From: an uncultured Bacilli bacterium
GTDB lineage: Bacteria; Bacillota_I; Bacilli_A; RF39; UBA660
Direction: 5' to 3'
Assembly: GCA_944332675.1 (NCBI GenBank)
Contig: CALVKJ010000004.1
Location: forward strand, 1-39,659
DNA length: 39,659 nucleotides
Shown here: positions 1-9,301 of the stretch, piece by piece
Position numbering within the stretch: position 1 is the first letter of the stretch
Layout: each line of letters opens with the position of its first letter
Made by a program: the position numbers and the translations under genes
The notes under the pieces: model-generated
What the model was told of the DNA's origin: nothing
The model's input: the letters and a program-made list of their open reading frames with translations, nothing else
Database searches by the model: none

Positions 1-74
1 AAAGTTTGTCCTTCAGCATCGATTACATACCAATTTCTTTCAACAGTTTCTTTTTTTTGCATAAATGTTTTCAT
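1..74 (-). CDS. rplM: 50S ribosomal protein L13, 5' part (runs off the window)
   Basis: Hand translation MKTFMQKKETVERNWYVIDAEGQT is the L13 N-terminus; GAAAGGA RBS; follows truA as usual. Not in the ORF track. Confidence 0.95.
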   Translation of the reverse strand, partial: MKTFMQKKETVERNWYVIDAEGQT

Positions 75-88
75 ACTAATCCTTTCAA

Positions 89-133
89 TTATGTTCCTTA
101 TTTAATTTTCCCACGACTAAATAAATCACATAA
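89..133 (-). promoter_or_regulatory. Putative L13 ribosomal leader hairpin
   Basis: The rplM 5'UTR folds: TTATGT/ACATAA and TTTATTTAGT/ATTAAATAAG stems around a CGTGGGAAA loop. Position fits the Firmicutes L13 leader. Confidence 0.55.
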
Positions 134-152
134 ATAAAATGTACCGATTAAA

Positions 153-181
153 ATTATATGAAAAAAAACGCTAAAAGTCAA
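153..181 (-). promoter_or_regulatory. sigmaA promoter of rplM
   Basis: TTGACT-17 bp-TATAAT on the minus strand. Confidence 0.8.
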
Positions 182-384
182 ATACTTTTAGGCATTTTCA
201 TTCATTTTTAGACACTTTTCTATTATTTTCGCTTCAATAATACTGCTATAAAATCTCGGAAGTAAACTTCTAACGATTAACTTCTGTCAAATTTATTTCA
301 TCATTACTCTTGCAAATAAGTATATCTTCTAGATTACTTTGATTAATTAAACAATAATAAATTTTTATCATTATGTCAAATTAA

Positions 385-1104
385 TCAATATTTAACATCT
401 ACTAGATAAAGCCCATCCGCCGGAACGACACTTAAATTTTTTTCCACCAAGGGATTATCAAGCATACGTTCTACATCGCTAACTTTAGCCTTACCTCGTC
501 CAACATCCACTAAAGCTCCAACCAAATGCCTTACCATATACCGATAAAAACCTACACCCACAAATTCGAATAAAACAATACTTCCCTTTTTCTTAAGTTT
601 AGCCTTATATATTGTTGTAGTATAATCAATTCTTGGGCCACTGACAAAATTACGAAAATCATGAGTACCCACAAAAAGTTTCATAGCTCTTTTCATCAAT
701 GAAAAGTCTAGCTTAAATTTCCTTTGATAGTAATACCCTTCTTTAAGTTTATCAAAATCACCAATATTTAATTTATAAACATATTTTTTATATTTCACAT
801 CGTGTCTAGCATGAAAATCATTTTTAACTAATTTATAATTTTTGATAACAATATCTTCATTCAAGATTCTATTTATTATATTAATATCTTCTTTAGTTAT
901 TTTCTTATCAACATCAAAATGAGCACATTGCGCTTCAGCATGCACACCAGCATCAGTTCTGCCACTTCCCTTAATAACTATATCACTTTCAAAAACATCA
1001 CTTAAAACTTTCTCTAAAGTTCCTTGAACATTTTTTACATCATTTTGCCTTTGAAACCCATGAAACTTGGTTCCATCATAACTAAATTTAATTAAATATC
1101 TCAT
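385..1104 (-). CDS. truA: tRNA pseudouridine(38-40) synthase
   Basis: YDGTKFHGFQ, GSGRTDAGVHA, GTHDF, YRYMVR motifs. Confidence 0.97.
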   Translation of the reverse strand: MRYLIKFSYDGTKFHGFQRQNDVKNVQGTLEKVLSDVFESDIVIKGSGRTDAGVHAEAQCAHFDVDKKITKEDINIINRILNEDIVIKNYKLVKNDFHARHDVKYKKYVYKLNIGDFDKLKEGYYYQRKFKLDFSLMKRAMKLFVGTHDFRNFVSGPRIDYTTTIYKAKLKKKGSIVLFEFVGVGFYRYMVRHLVGALVDVGRGKAKVSDVERMLDNPLVEKNLSVVPADGLYLVDVKY

Positions 1105-1658
1105 GACTTAATCCTATATATTGCCTTTAAAAGTTCATCTAATTCTGTATAATGATCTAGTCTTATACCATCACTTTCACATTTTAAAGAAAACTCAACA
1201 ATCTTTGGCAAATCAACATATAACTTTAAAATCTTATCAAATATATCGACAGTTTCATACTTAATTTCATCATTATTAATAACATATATTCTATCAACAC
1301 AATTTAAAAACAAATCTGTATTTTTATCAATCAAAATAATTTTACGATTATAGGAAGCTATTTTTTTAAAAAGAGTTTTAAAATAATTAAAATCACTTTT
1401 AATTAATCCTTGTGAAAAATTCACTAAGACAATTTCTTTATCATGCAGTTTACTAGCAAGTATTACCTTTTCTTTATTTCTAATAGATAAATCACTAAAT
1501 TTTTTATCTAAAAAACTTTCATCTAATTTAACCATCTTTAAAGACTCAGGCACTTTTTTTACTATTATATCTCGCACTAAAGAATCTTTAAAATCATCAC
1601 TTGGATAGTCATCTATAATTACACCAACAATATTGCCATTTAAATTATTTAATTCCAT
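1101..1658 (-). CDS. Degenerate EcfA2-like ABC ATPase-fold protein (no Walker A, altered signature/Walker B/H-switch)
   Basis: LKMVKLDESFLDKKFSDLS resembles EcfA2 LELVGLDESYLDRSPFELSGG; C-terminal LPKIVEF...ELLKAI; syntenic upstream of truA. Confidence 0.65.
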   Translation of the reverse strand: MELNNLNGNIVGVIIDDYPSDDFKDSLVRDIIVKKVPESLKMVKLDESFLDKKFSDLSIRNKEKVILASKLHDKEIVLVNFSQGLIKSDFNYFKTLFKKIASYNRKIILIDKNTDLFLNCVDRIYVINNDEIKYETVDIFDKILKLYVDLPKIVEFSLKCESDGIRLDHYTELDELLKAIYRIKS

Positions 1659-2122
1659 AAATCATCCACCAACTCATCTAAATTAAAATAAACTTTAGAA
1701 AATATATCATAGTAAGTTAATTGCGTTGATAAATCAACTGCAAATGGTAATCCATAACCGATATGTTTCAAAGTTTTTTCTTCCTTTAATACAACTTCTT
1801 TTACTCCTTCTAAAATTATATCCTTACCATCATATACAATTATATAATCTCCATACAATGCTTCTTCAATATCACTAGTGATAAGCACAAATTTGATATT
1901 TTGTTTCTTCAAAAGTTCCAATATTTCCTTTTTTTCTTCTTCGCGATATCCATAAAAGGCATTATTAAAAACAATTCTTTTTGAGGTATTAAATTCAAGT
2001 TTAGCTTTTAAATCATTGAATTTGATATTATCTATTATGGGATATTCGGCATATTTTCCTAAAAATACTCTATCAATATCATTAGCTAATATAATATAGT
2101 TATATTCGTCGTTACTAATCAT
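1649..2122 (-). CDS. Degenerate EcfA1-like ABC ATPase-fold protein
   Basis: ITSDIEEALYGDYIIVYD and IGYGLPFAVDLS...DELVDDLW match the EcfA1 C-terminal half; no P-loop. Confidence 0.65.
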   Translation of the reverse strand: MISNDEYNYIILANDIDRVFLGKYAEYPIIDNIKFNDLKAKLEFNTSKRIVFNNAFYGYREEEKKEILELLKKQNIKFVLITSDIEEALYGDYIIVYDGKDIILEGVKEVVLKEEKTLKHIGYGLPFAVDLSTQLTYYDIFSKVYFNLDELVDDLWN

Positions 2123-2612
2123 ATATTTTTACAACTTCTCCTTTTTCTAAACTCTTTTTAACATCTATTACTCTTTGGTTAGTACTACCTCTAAATTTAC
2201 AAGCTAAACTCTTATTTTCTATTTCAAATCTTCCATCAACTAAAACATCAGTATTTTTAAGTAATTCCATTTTTTCATCATTAGCATCGATTATTTCATC
2301 ATATGTAAACCCTGTGTAACACCATACATTTAAACCTATACTATGAGCAAATTTAGCAATTTCTGCAGCTGCTGAAGCTTGAAAGAAAGGATCTCCCCCC
2401 GATAAAGTAATACCAGTTTGATATTTTAGATTCTTCATTTGTTCCTTTATATCTTCAACGTCAAACTCTATCCCACCATCAAAACTCCAAGTTTCAGGAT
2501 TTTGACATTCTCGACAATGATGCCCACAACCTTGAAACCATATAACAGTTCTAATTCCATCACCATCAACAATACTATCACTTTGTAAATTACTAGCTAA
2601 CTTTACTTTCAT
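2115..2612 (-). CDS. nrdG: Anaerobic ribonucleotide reductase activating radical SAM protein
   Basis: VDGDGIR, CGHHCREC (CxxxCxxC), LSGGDP, DVLVDGRF, FRGSTNQR. Confidence 0.93.
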   Translation of the reverse strand: MKVKLASNLQSDSIVDGDGIRTVIWFQGCGHHCRECQNPETWSFDGGIEFDVEDIKEQMKNLKYQTGITLSGGDPFFQASAAAEIAKFAHSIGLNVWCYTGFTYDEIIDANDEKMELLKNTDVLVDGRFEIENKSLACKFRGSTNQRVIDVKKSLEKGEVVKIYD

Positions 2613-3528
2613 CATTACTCCTCTTTTCTTTATGCCTTTTAACTAAATTACTAATTTTTATAAAATGATGATTTATCCCTGATTTACCAATCCTATAATC
2701 CATTTCCTTAGTAATAATGTCTGCCAGCTCTTGATAAGAAAGTTCTGGATACTTAATTCTAGCATCAGCAACTATCTTTGTTTTATCATCAAGTAAATCA
2801 TATAAATCCATATTTTTCAAATAATTAATATCTTCCAATTGCTTTTGACCAGTCTTAAAAGTTTTCTCCTGATTAGCTATCTCACAATTATTAAGTCTAT
2901 TAACCATATTTTTATGATCTCTATATATTCTTATATCTTCAAAATAAAATAATGAACTAGTTGCTTTAAAAAGTTTAATTAAATCACTAATATTTTCACT
3001 AGATTTAATGTAAACTACTGTTTTATATCCTCGCTTTATTATTTTCGCATTTAATTTAAAATACTCAAGTAGCTTAAGTATTTGCTTCGCAAGTCGTTCT
3101 TTTGTAAAAATAAATTCTAAGTGATATCCACTAGTACTAGGATTAGAAATATTACCAACAGCTAAGAAAGACCCTTCAATAAAAGCAATCTTTTCTTCAT
3201 CGGTAACAAGCGTTTCTAAATCAATCCTTGTTCCCAAACTAATCGAATCTTTAATAAAATCCAATCTTTCTTTAATACTTAAGATATATATTTGTTTAAT
3301 TTTAAATCTCTTTTGGGTTCTTATTATTATTTTTGGACTAACACTATATATTTCCTTTATTTCTTTATATACTCGTCTAGCAATACTAGCATTCTCTACA
3401 GTTTTTACTCATTCATCTTTACTACACTTCCCTAAACAATTTAAAAATGCTATAAGTTCATATCTTGCTTCAACAATATTAAAATCATTCTTAGCAATTT
3501 CTTCTTTTAACATTGTAGTAAAAGTCAT
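2593..3528 (-). pseudogene. whiA: WhiA DNA-binding protein with one in-frame TGA at codon 40 (3409-3411); nonsense mutation or sequencing error
   Basis: MTFTTMLKEEIAK start overlaps the yvcK stop; the frame continues past the TGA into the 2593..3264 ORF; GYHLEF, NRLNNCEIAN, KSGINH motifs. Confidence 0.85.
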
Positions 3529-4481
3529 TATTTTCTACCATCCATTAAATATGAAAATATTAAATATGCTGTCTTCAAAGAATCATGTCTATAATAACCA
3601 TCTTCTACTGTAAATAGTTTATCAGCAATAACATAGATATTTGTATCTTCTAACTCGTGCATATCTAGTATGACTGGATCTTTTTGTTCTTCATTAGCGT
3701 ATTTCATAGCTAACTTACTACTCATAATGGCATTATTAGCAATTACTACATCAATACTTCCTTTACCCAAATATTTTTCCAAAAAATCAATATGATCTCT
3801 TACTGTAAAATCATCAGTTTCTCCCGGTTGCGTAAATAAATTACATATATACATCTTATCAGCCTTAGCTTTATTTATTACTTCCACAAGCCCTTTATCA
3901 ACTAAATGCGGTGTAATACTTGTAAGTAGGCTTCCTGATGAAAATATTATTAAATCGGCATCATCCACTGCCTTTATTACTTTCGGATTAACTGTAAACT
4001 CTTTATCATATTTTACATAATCAATCCGACTTGCACACTTTGTTACTTGTTCTTCCCCTTTAATTTCTTTACCATCAAGAGTAACCCCCACTAAATTTAC
4101 ATTATCTTCTGTTAAAGGTAACACTGTTCCTTTTAAATCAAGCATACCACCAAGTACTGGTATAGCACTATCAAAGTTACCTTTTAAATCCAAAAGTGCT
4201 GTAAGCAACAAATTTTTAACAGAATGATTACCTAATGTCTTTGACTTAGTAAATCGATAATTCATCAAATCTATCACATCTTGATCCACATTTGCCATAC
4301 TAAGCATTACTTTGGAGATATCTCCCACTGCAGGTATTTTCATTTCTCTACGTAATCTACCAGTACTTGCTCCATTATCAGCAACAGTAACTACTGCTGT
4401 AATTTCTACTGGAAATAATTTTATTCCTTTTAAAAGTTGTGAAAGCCCACTTCCACCACCAAATATAACAATTTTTTTCAT
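3528..4481 (-). CDS. yvcK: YvcK/GlmR (CofD-related, UPF0052) protein
   Basis: IVIFGGGSGLS, VTVADNGASTG, NLFTQPGET, RHDS; upstream of whiA. Confidence 0.93.
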   Translation of the reverse strand: MKKIVIFGGGSGLSQLLKGIKLFPVEITAVVTVADNGASTGRLRREMKIPAVGDISKVMLSMANVDQDVIDLMNYRFTKSKTLGNHSVKNLLLTALLDLKGNFDSAIPVLGGMLDLKGTVLPLTEDNVNLVGVTLDGKEIKGEEQVTKCASRIDYVKYDKEFTVNPKVIKAVDDADLIIFSSGSLLTSITPHLVDKGLVEVINKAKADKMYICNLFTQPGETDDFTVRDHIDFLEKYLGKGSIDVVIANNAIMSSKLAMKYANEEQKDPVILDMHELEDTNIYVIADKLFTVEDGYYRHDSLKTAYLIFSYLMDGRK

Positions 4482-4707
4482 ATTCATCACAAGTTAAGTG
4501 TAACATAAATACCCCAAAAGGTAAAGTTAGAGAAAGAAAAAATCCAGTATGTTTACTATTCATACTAGATTATAATTTAATTTAAAATTATTGCTTATCT
4601 TGTATTATTTTTTTATTAACTTATTCAAAATAAATCGATCACTATTAAAAAACATTTAGTCCTGTCTATATTTGGCTTTACGGATTTTTTTCAAAAATGT
4701 CCTCTAA

Positions 4708-5832
4708 TTAAGATATTAGATACGGATTATCTTGCGTTCCTATTCCCAAAATGTATTGTACATCAGAATTTAGATAAAAGGTAGGCCTTACTGCAAAATT
4801 ATTATTATAAAGACTATGATACACAACTCCGCTACTATTAATTGAATGTATTGTTGTGTCTTTAACCGGCTCACAACAATATCCAGTTATAGTCCATTCA
4901 CTTATTCCTAGATATAACCAATTATTATCTATATTAAGAGAATCACTATAAGAGTCAATAGTTAACGACCAGTTTTCTGGAACAGTAGCATATGTATAAT
5001 CACTAATATATATCAAACCTATTTTATCCTGATAAATTGAATTATAATTTTTTAATTCCTGATTAAACACTTCTTTAGTAGTTTTATAAACCACATAAGA
5101 AGTTCCTGAAAGATACCAATTAGCAGATGATATCATATTCATCCATTTTGCTCCAAAACTGTTTAAATATATATCATTTAAAGTAACAGTATTTAATGTA
5201 TTATTATCCCAACTACCAGTACCATTACTACTCCAATAATAATTTCCAATGCTTTCAGATTTTATTAGTTTTACTTGACCATCAAATACTCCTATTATCC
5301 TATATAGGTTATCTGCTGGACAAGTTGATTCATCTGAACCAAAACATACGTAGTTATTTGGATTGGCTCCTATATAACGATAGCTATTATCTTCTGCTTC
5401 TAATGTTCCGTATGTTCCCACTCCATCGTGGTAGTATAGTCCATTTTCTCCATCTTCTGTGTAAACATAATTTATTATATAATTAGCTAAAGTAATTGTT
5501 TTATCAAAATATACATAGCATTTATCACTAGTATTTGCTTGCATTACAACTCTATTAGTTTCACTATTCCAAGTTAGTGTTCCACCATTCTCACATCTCG
5601 ACAAAGTTTCATTAAATGTATATCCATCCTGTGGCCAACTCGTATCACTAGAAACTTGATATTCCCCACTATTTGCTTCAGTTTCATACATCATAGTAAG
5701 TGCATTAGTATTTATTATTTGCTTGCTTTTCTCAGAATAAATAACTTCACTACTTCTATTAAAATTTAAAATTAAAACTAATAAAAAGGCTATTGAAAGT
5801 ATTACACCAAATACAATTATCTTCTTACTCAT
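4708..5832 (-). CDS. Membrane-anchored surface protein: N-terminal TM, conserved 71-aa two-Cys module, C-terminal DUF6273-like domain
   Basis: Hydrophobic N-terminus; module shared with 35521..36150; YRYIGANPNNYVCF, LYRIIGVF, IGLIYISDY, AVRPTFYL, GTQDNPY motifs (family name from recall). Confidence 0.75.
   Translation of the reverse strand: MSKKIIVFGVILSIAFLLVLILNFNRSSEVIYSEKSKQIINTNALTMMYETEANSGEYQVSSDTSWPQDGYTFNETLSRCENGGTLTWNSETNRVVMQANTSDKCYVYFDKTITLANYIINYVYTEDGENGLYYHDGVGTYGTLEAEDNSYRYIGANPNNYVCFGSDESTCPADNLYRIIGVFDGQVKLIKSESIGNYYWSSNGTGSWDNNTLNTVTLNDIYLNSFGAKWMNMISSANWYLSGTSYVVYKTTKEVFNQELKNYNSIYQDKIGLIYISDYTYATVPENWSLTIDSYSDSLNIDNNWLYLGISEWTITGYCCEPVKDTTIHSINSSGVVYHSLYNNNFAVRPTFYLNSDVQYILGIGTQDNPYLIS
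5500..5712 (-). repeat. Copy 1 of a 213-bp coding module (copy 2 at 35809..36021)
   Basis: Ungapped alignment, 61/71 aa identical. Confidence 0.95.
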
Positions 5833-5851
5833 AAAAATATACTCTCCACTC

Positions 5852-5916
5852 TAAAACATATTGTTATATATACATTTTAAAACAATATGTTTTAAAAATC
5901 AATACAACAAATTGTT
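5852..5916. promoter_or_regulatory. Three AACA-N3-TGTT operator-like sites between divergent genes
   Basis: 5855-5865, 5881-5891 and 5906-5916; the first two form a perfect 14-bp inverted repeat TAAAACATATTGTT/AACAATATGTTTTA. Confidence 0.7.
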
Positions 5917-5947
5917 TTATTTTAGAATAATGTCTAGGTGATTCTAA

Positions 5948-6190
5948 ATGAGAATTAGAGAAATAAGAGAAGATAAAGATTTGACCCAATCACATATTGC
6001 CAAGATTTTAAATGTATCCCAAGTTGCATATAGTTTTTATGAAATAGGGAAAAGACAGCTCCCAATTGAGTTATTAATAAAACTAGCTAAATATTACAAT
6101 ACATCAACTGATTATTTATTAGAATTAACTGATGAAAGAAAACCTTACCCCAAATCTATAATAGAAAAAAACAAAAAAACAAGTAACTAA
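5948..6190 (+). CDS. XRE-family helix-turn-helix transcriptional regulator
   Basis: IREIREDKDLTQSHIAKILNVSQVAYSFYEIGKR...LAKYYNTSTDYLL; AGGTG RBS. Confidence 0.93.
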   Translation: MRIREIREDKDLTQSHIAKILNVSQVAYSFYEIGKRQLPIELLIKLAKYYNTSTDYLLELTDERKPYPKSIIEKNKKTSN

Positions 6191-6200
6191 GTACTTGAAT

Positions 6201-7079
6201 TTATAAAAATGGTAATGTCTTTCTTTTTACTCCACCGTTAACTTCATAACAACTATTGATAATTATAAATGCTTGAGGATCTATCTCTAATATCTTTTGT
6301 TTAAACAAATAATAATCTCGATTAGAAACTACACACATAATCATAAAGCCTCTTTTTTTCGAATATCCTCCCCGACTTGGAATACTTGTAAAACCAGTTT
6401 GAAAATCATTTAATATTAGCCTCTTTATTTTTCTTACCTTTTTTGTATAAATATAAAATACTTTACTATCAGATAAGCCAAACATTAATTTATCAATGAA
6501 GTATGTAGAACAAATAAGGATTATAAAGGAATAAACACCTTTAGTAAAACCAAAAACTAACATACTTGCTATAATAATTAAACTATTTGCAACAATCATC
6601 GCTTTAGATTCGCTAATTTTTAAATACTTATTTAATATCTGCATTATTATATCAGAACCCCCAGTAGAAAACCCAGTTCGATATATAAGTCCACTACTAA
6701 CACCATACATAATAATTGCAAATAATAGTATTAAATAAAAATCATCCCCCATAATATAACTATTTAAAAATTTTGCGATTGGCTCTGAAGCTGTAATCAT
6801 AACAGGATACATAACCGATCCTACTATATTTCGTTTTGTCATCTTCCAACCTAAAAATATTAAACTAACAATTAATAATATTCCATTAGTAATATAGATA
6901 AAAGCTGATGCTGACCAACCGAATAATCTTTGTACAACTATAGCAACACCACTAAATCCTGATACAACTAAATCATTGGGAATTAAAAACATATTAAAAC
7001 ATAGAGCATATAAAAATACTCCCAAAACTAGTGATATCCCATCAATTATAGCCTTTTTAGTATCAATATTACTTAACAT
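6201..7079 (-). CDS. YitT family membrane protein
   Basis: Multi-TM, GFSTGGSDII, C-terminal IDPQAFIII...EVNGG. Confidence 0.88.
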   Translation of the reverse strand: MLSNIDTKKAIIDGISLVLGVFLYALCFNMFLIPNDLVVSGFSGVAIVVQRLFGWSASAFIYITNGILLIVSLIFLGWKMTKRNIVGSVMYPVMITASEPIAKFLNSYIMGDDFYLILLFAIIMYGVSSGLIYRTGFSTGGSDIIMQILNKYLKISESKAMIVANSLIIIASMLVFGFTKGVYSFIILICSTYFIDKLMFGLSDSKVFYIYTKKVRKIKRLILNDFQTGFTSIPSRGGYSKKRGFMIMCVVSNRDYYLFKQKILEIDPQAFIIINSCYEVNGGVKRKTLPFL

Positions 7080-7173
7080 TCTATCACCTATTATAAATAT
7101 TATAAAACATCAAATAATTTTTAGCAATTATTATTAATTAAAAGCATATATTGTTTTGAGGTGAATATTAAAA

Positions 7174-7533
7174 ATGAATGGTCAATTTTATCAAAATCCA
7201 ACATTTCCAAGTAATAATTATACAACTCCACCAGGTAATATTTCCATAAACGAAGTAAATGCGCAAAATGTACCTAGAGAACAAAGTTATATTGAAAACA
7301 TATTAAGACTTAATAAAGGGCAAAAAGTAAAAGCATATGTATCTTATCCCGATAGTAGTGCTTGGCAAAATAAAGTATATGAAGGAATCATCGAAGAAGC
7401 CGGAAAAGATCACTTAATTATTCGTGATACGATGAATAATATTTGGTACTTAATACGTATTATCTATTTAAATTACGTTGAATTTTTTGATCCAATTGTA
7501 TATTCTCATACTTATTCTGAAAAGACATATTAA
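7174..7533 (+). CDS. gerQ: Spore coat protein GerQ
   Basis: EQSYIENILRLNKG and GIIEEAGKDHLII are GerQ signatures. Confidence 0.9.
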   Translation: MNGQFYQNPTFPSNNYTTPPGNISINEVNAQNVPREQSYIENILRLNKGQKVKAYVSYPDSSAWQNKVYEGIIEEAGKDHLIIRDTMNNIWYLIRIIYLNYVEFFDPIVYSHTYSEKTY

Positions 7534-7560
7534 AAGAATCGCAAAAAAACGATTCTTTTA
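7531..7560. terminator. Bidirectional intrinsic terminator
   Basis: TAAAAGAATCG-N8-CGATTCTTTTA perfect inverted repeat between convergent genes. Confidence 0.8.
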
Positions 7561-7568
7561 TTTATTAT

Positions 7569-8786
7569 CTATCTTGAACCAGTAATATAATTTTTAGATA
7601 TTTCTTCTTTCCGTTCTGATATAAATGCTAAAGTTTTAGCAAATGCTTCTTTATTACTTGTTATTGTTTTAGCATAAGTGCCTCTATCTCCATAAGGAGC
7701 AATTGGATTTCCTCCCATTACAGATAATTCTACTAATAATGTAACTGGCAAATAACTACGCATTAAATCACCACAACCTGTTATACTCGGTTCATCTAAA
7801 TAAGTTCTACCACCAGTTGCATAACCACAAGCTTCACCATAACAATTAGCTACTTCTTCATTTATTTTTTTATTTCTTTCGTAATTTTCATTATTAATAA
7901 ATTTATAAGGGCGATGATATACTACTCCACCAGTTCCATGATAAGTGATTAATCCCACAAAAGATTCACTTTCATGTAAACCAGATAACATATTAAATAA
8001 TGCTAAGTTTTCTGGTTCAAATTCAAAATGATTAGCATCTTTTCTCGGGCATCCAATCGGAGAAGGAATATTATTAGGTAAATTATTGTATCTTGCTCCT
8101 CCATAAGTTATTACTCCAGTTTGGGCATACATAGCTTCATTTTTGGGATTATCTGGGGTATTGGCATTTAAATCAACACCTGATCCATTAGCTGTCCAAT
8201 TAATCATTGATCCAGGTGGATAATGATAAGTATCCCAAAGTTTCTTAACACTTTCTTTTAGTTCATAATTATCATCACTTAGATCATCTGGTGTAACACT
8301 TGCAAACATCATTTGATGCATTTTTATTGATCTATCACTAGGATTTTCCCGAGTGTGGATATCATCTTGTTTAAAATTCCACCAGTAATCGTGGCAAATT
8401 TTTTCTATTTCCTCATCACTTGTACCATCGGGAATAACTTTTTTAATTGCAGTTGTATTAATCACGAATCCTTCCGGATTTTGCAAAGGAATAAAATGAG
8501 TAGTAAACTCTTCAGGATTAAAACTAGCAAATTTGCCTTCACCCCGAGCAATACTACTCATAAGTTGAGTTACAAAATCAACACTGATTAATTCATTACC
8601 ATGGGTTCCCCCCATTACAACTAAATGATTTGGTCCATCCCCAATTGTATAATGTTCTACCGGAAAATCACAACGCGTATAAACAAGAGGTTCTTGCTTA
8701 ATTACTCTAAAAATATTTCCTTCGTTATTTATTAATTCATTAATTCTTTCTTGATACTTTTGATAATCTAATAATTCATACCTCAT
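7569..8786 (-). CDS. M14 zinc carboxypeptidase-family peptidase (possibly peptidoglycan-peptide active)
   Basis: GGTHGNE (HxxE), NPEG, NGSGVDLN, TYHG, VEL motifs. Confidence 0.8.
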   Translation of the reverse strand: MRYELLDYQKYQERINELINNEGNIFRVIKQEPLVYTRCDFPVEHYTIGDGPNHLVVMGGTHGNELISVDFVTQLMSSIARGEGKFASFNPEEFTTHFIPLQNPEGFVINTTAIKKVIPDGTSDEEIEKICHDYWWNFKQDDIHTRENPSDRSIKMHQMMFASVTPDDLSDDNYELKESVKKLWDTYHYPPGSMINWTANGSGVDLNANTPDNPKNEAMYAQTGVITYGGARYNNLPNNIPSPIGCPRKDANHFEFEPENLALFNMLSGLHESESFVGLITYHGTGGVVYHRPYKFINNENYERNKKINEEVANCYGEACGYATGGRTYLDEPSITGCGDLMRSYLPVTLLVELSVMGGNPIAPYGDRGTYAKTITSNKEAFAKTLAFISERKEEISKNYITGSR

Positions 8787-8794
8787 ACATACCT

Positions 8795-9292
8795 CTAATA
8801 ATAATATTTAAAATTATTTTTTTCGTATCCCAGTTTAGTTGACCCTCCGTGCCCCGGATAAAGCACAATATCATCGGAATAATTACTAATCAAGTCTAAA
8901 CTTTTTTGCATATCTACATCACTACCTGTTGGTAAATCACATCTACCAATACTGTTTAAAAAGATAAAATCACCAACAAACATAACTTTTTCATCTTGAA
9001 AATAATAACTTACTGAATCACTACTATGGCCAGGAGTTTTTATTACTTCCAGTCCCATATCTAAAACATCTTTACTTTCCTTTATTTTAAAATAATCTTC
9101 CAATTCTCTTAGTGCTCCGATATGATCAAAATGGTGATGAGTAATTAAAATACCAACCACATTTTTACCTTGACAAGCATCTATTATTTTTTGTGCTTCA
9201 TCACCAGGATCTATAATAATTGTTTTATTATTTTTAGTAACAATATAGCAATTTTCTTCTAAAGAACCTACAACTAATCTTTCTATTTTCAT
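8795..9292 (-). CDS. Metallo-beta-lactamase-fold hydrolase (glyoxalase II-like)
   Basis: THHHFDHIG, TPGHS, GD, YPGHG. Confidence 0.9.
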   Translation of the reverse strand: MKIERLVVGSLEENCYIVTKNNKTIIIDPGDEAQKIIDACQGKNVVGILITHHHFDHIGALRELEDYFKIKESKDVLDMGLEVIKTPGHSSDSVSYYFQDEKVMFVGDFIFLNSIGRCDLPTGSDVDMQKSLDLISNYSDDIVLYPGHGGSTKLGYEKNNFKYYY

Positions 9293-9301
9293 AAACCCCA
9301 A

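Noticed and set aside
185-380. Possible gene remnant between truA and rplM
   Set aside because: The coding-like stretch has multiple stops and no recognisable homology.
3409-3411. Genetic code 4 (TGA=Trp) or selenocysteine to explain the whiA TGA
   Set aside because: truA and dnaB end in TGA at expected positions, Trp is encoded by TGG, and the site is not a conserved Cys position.
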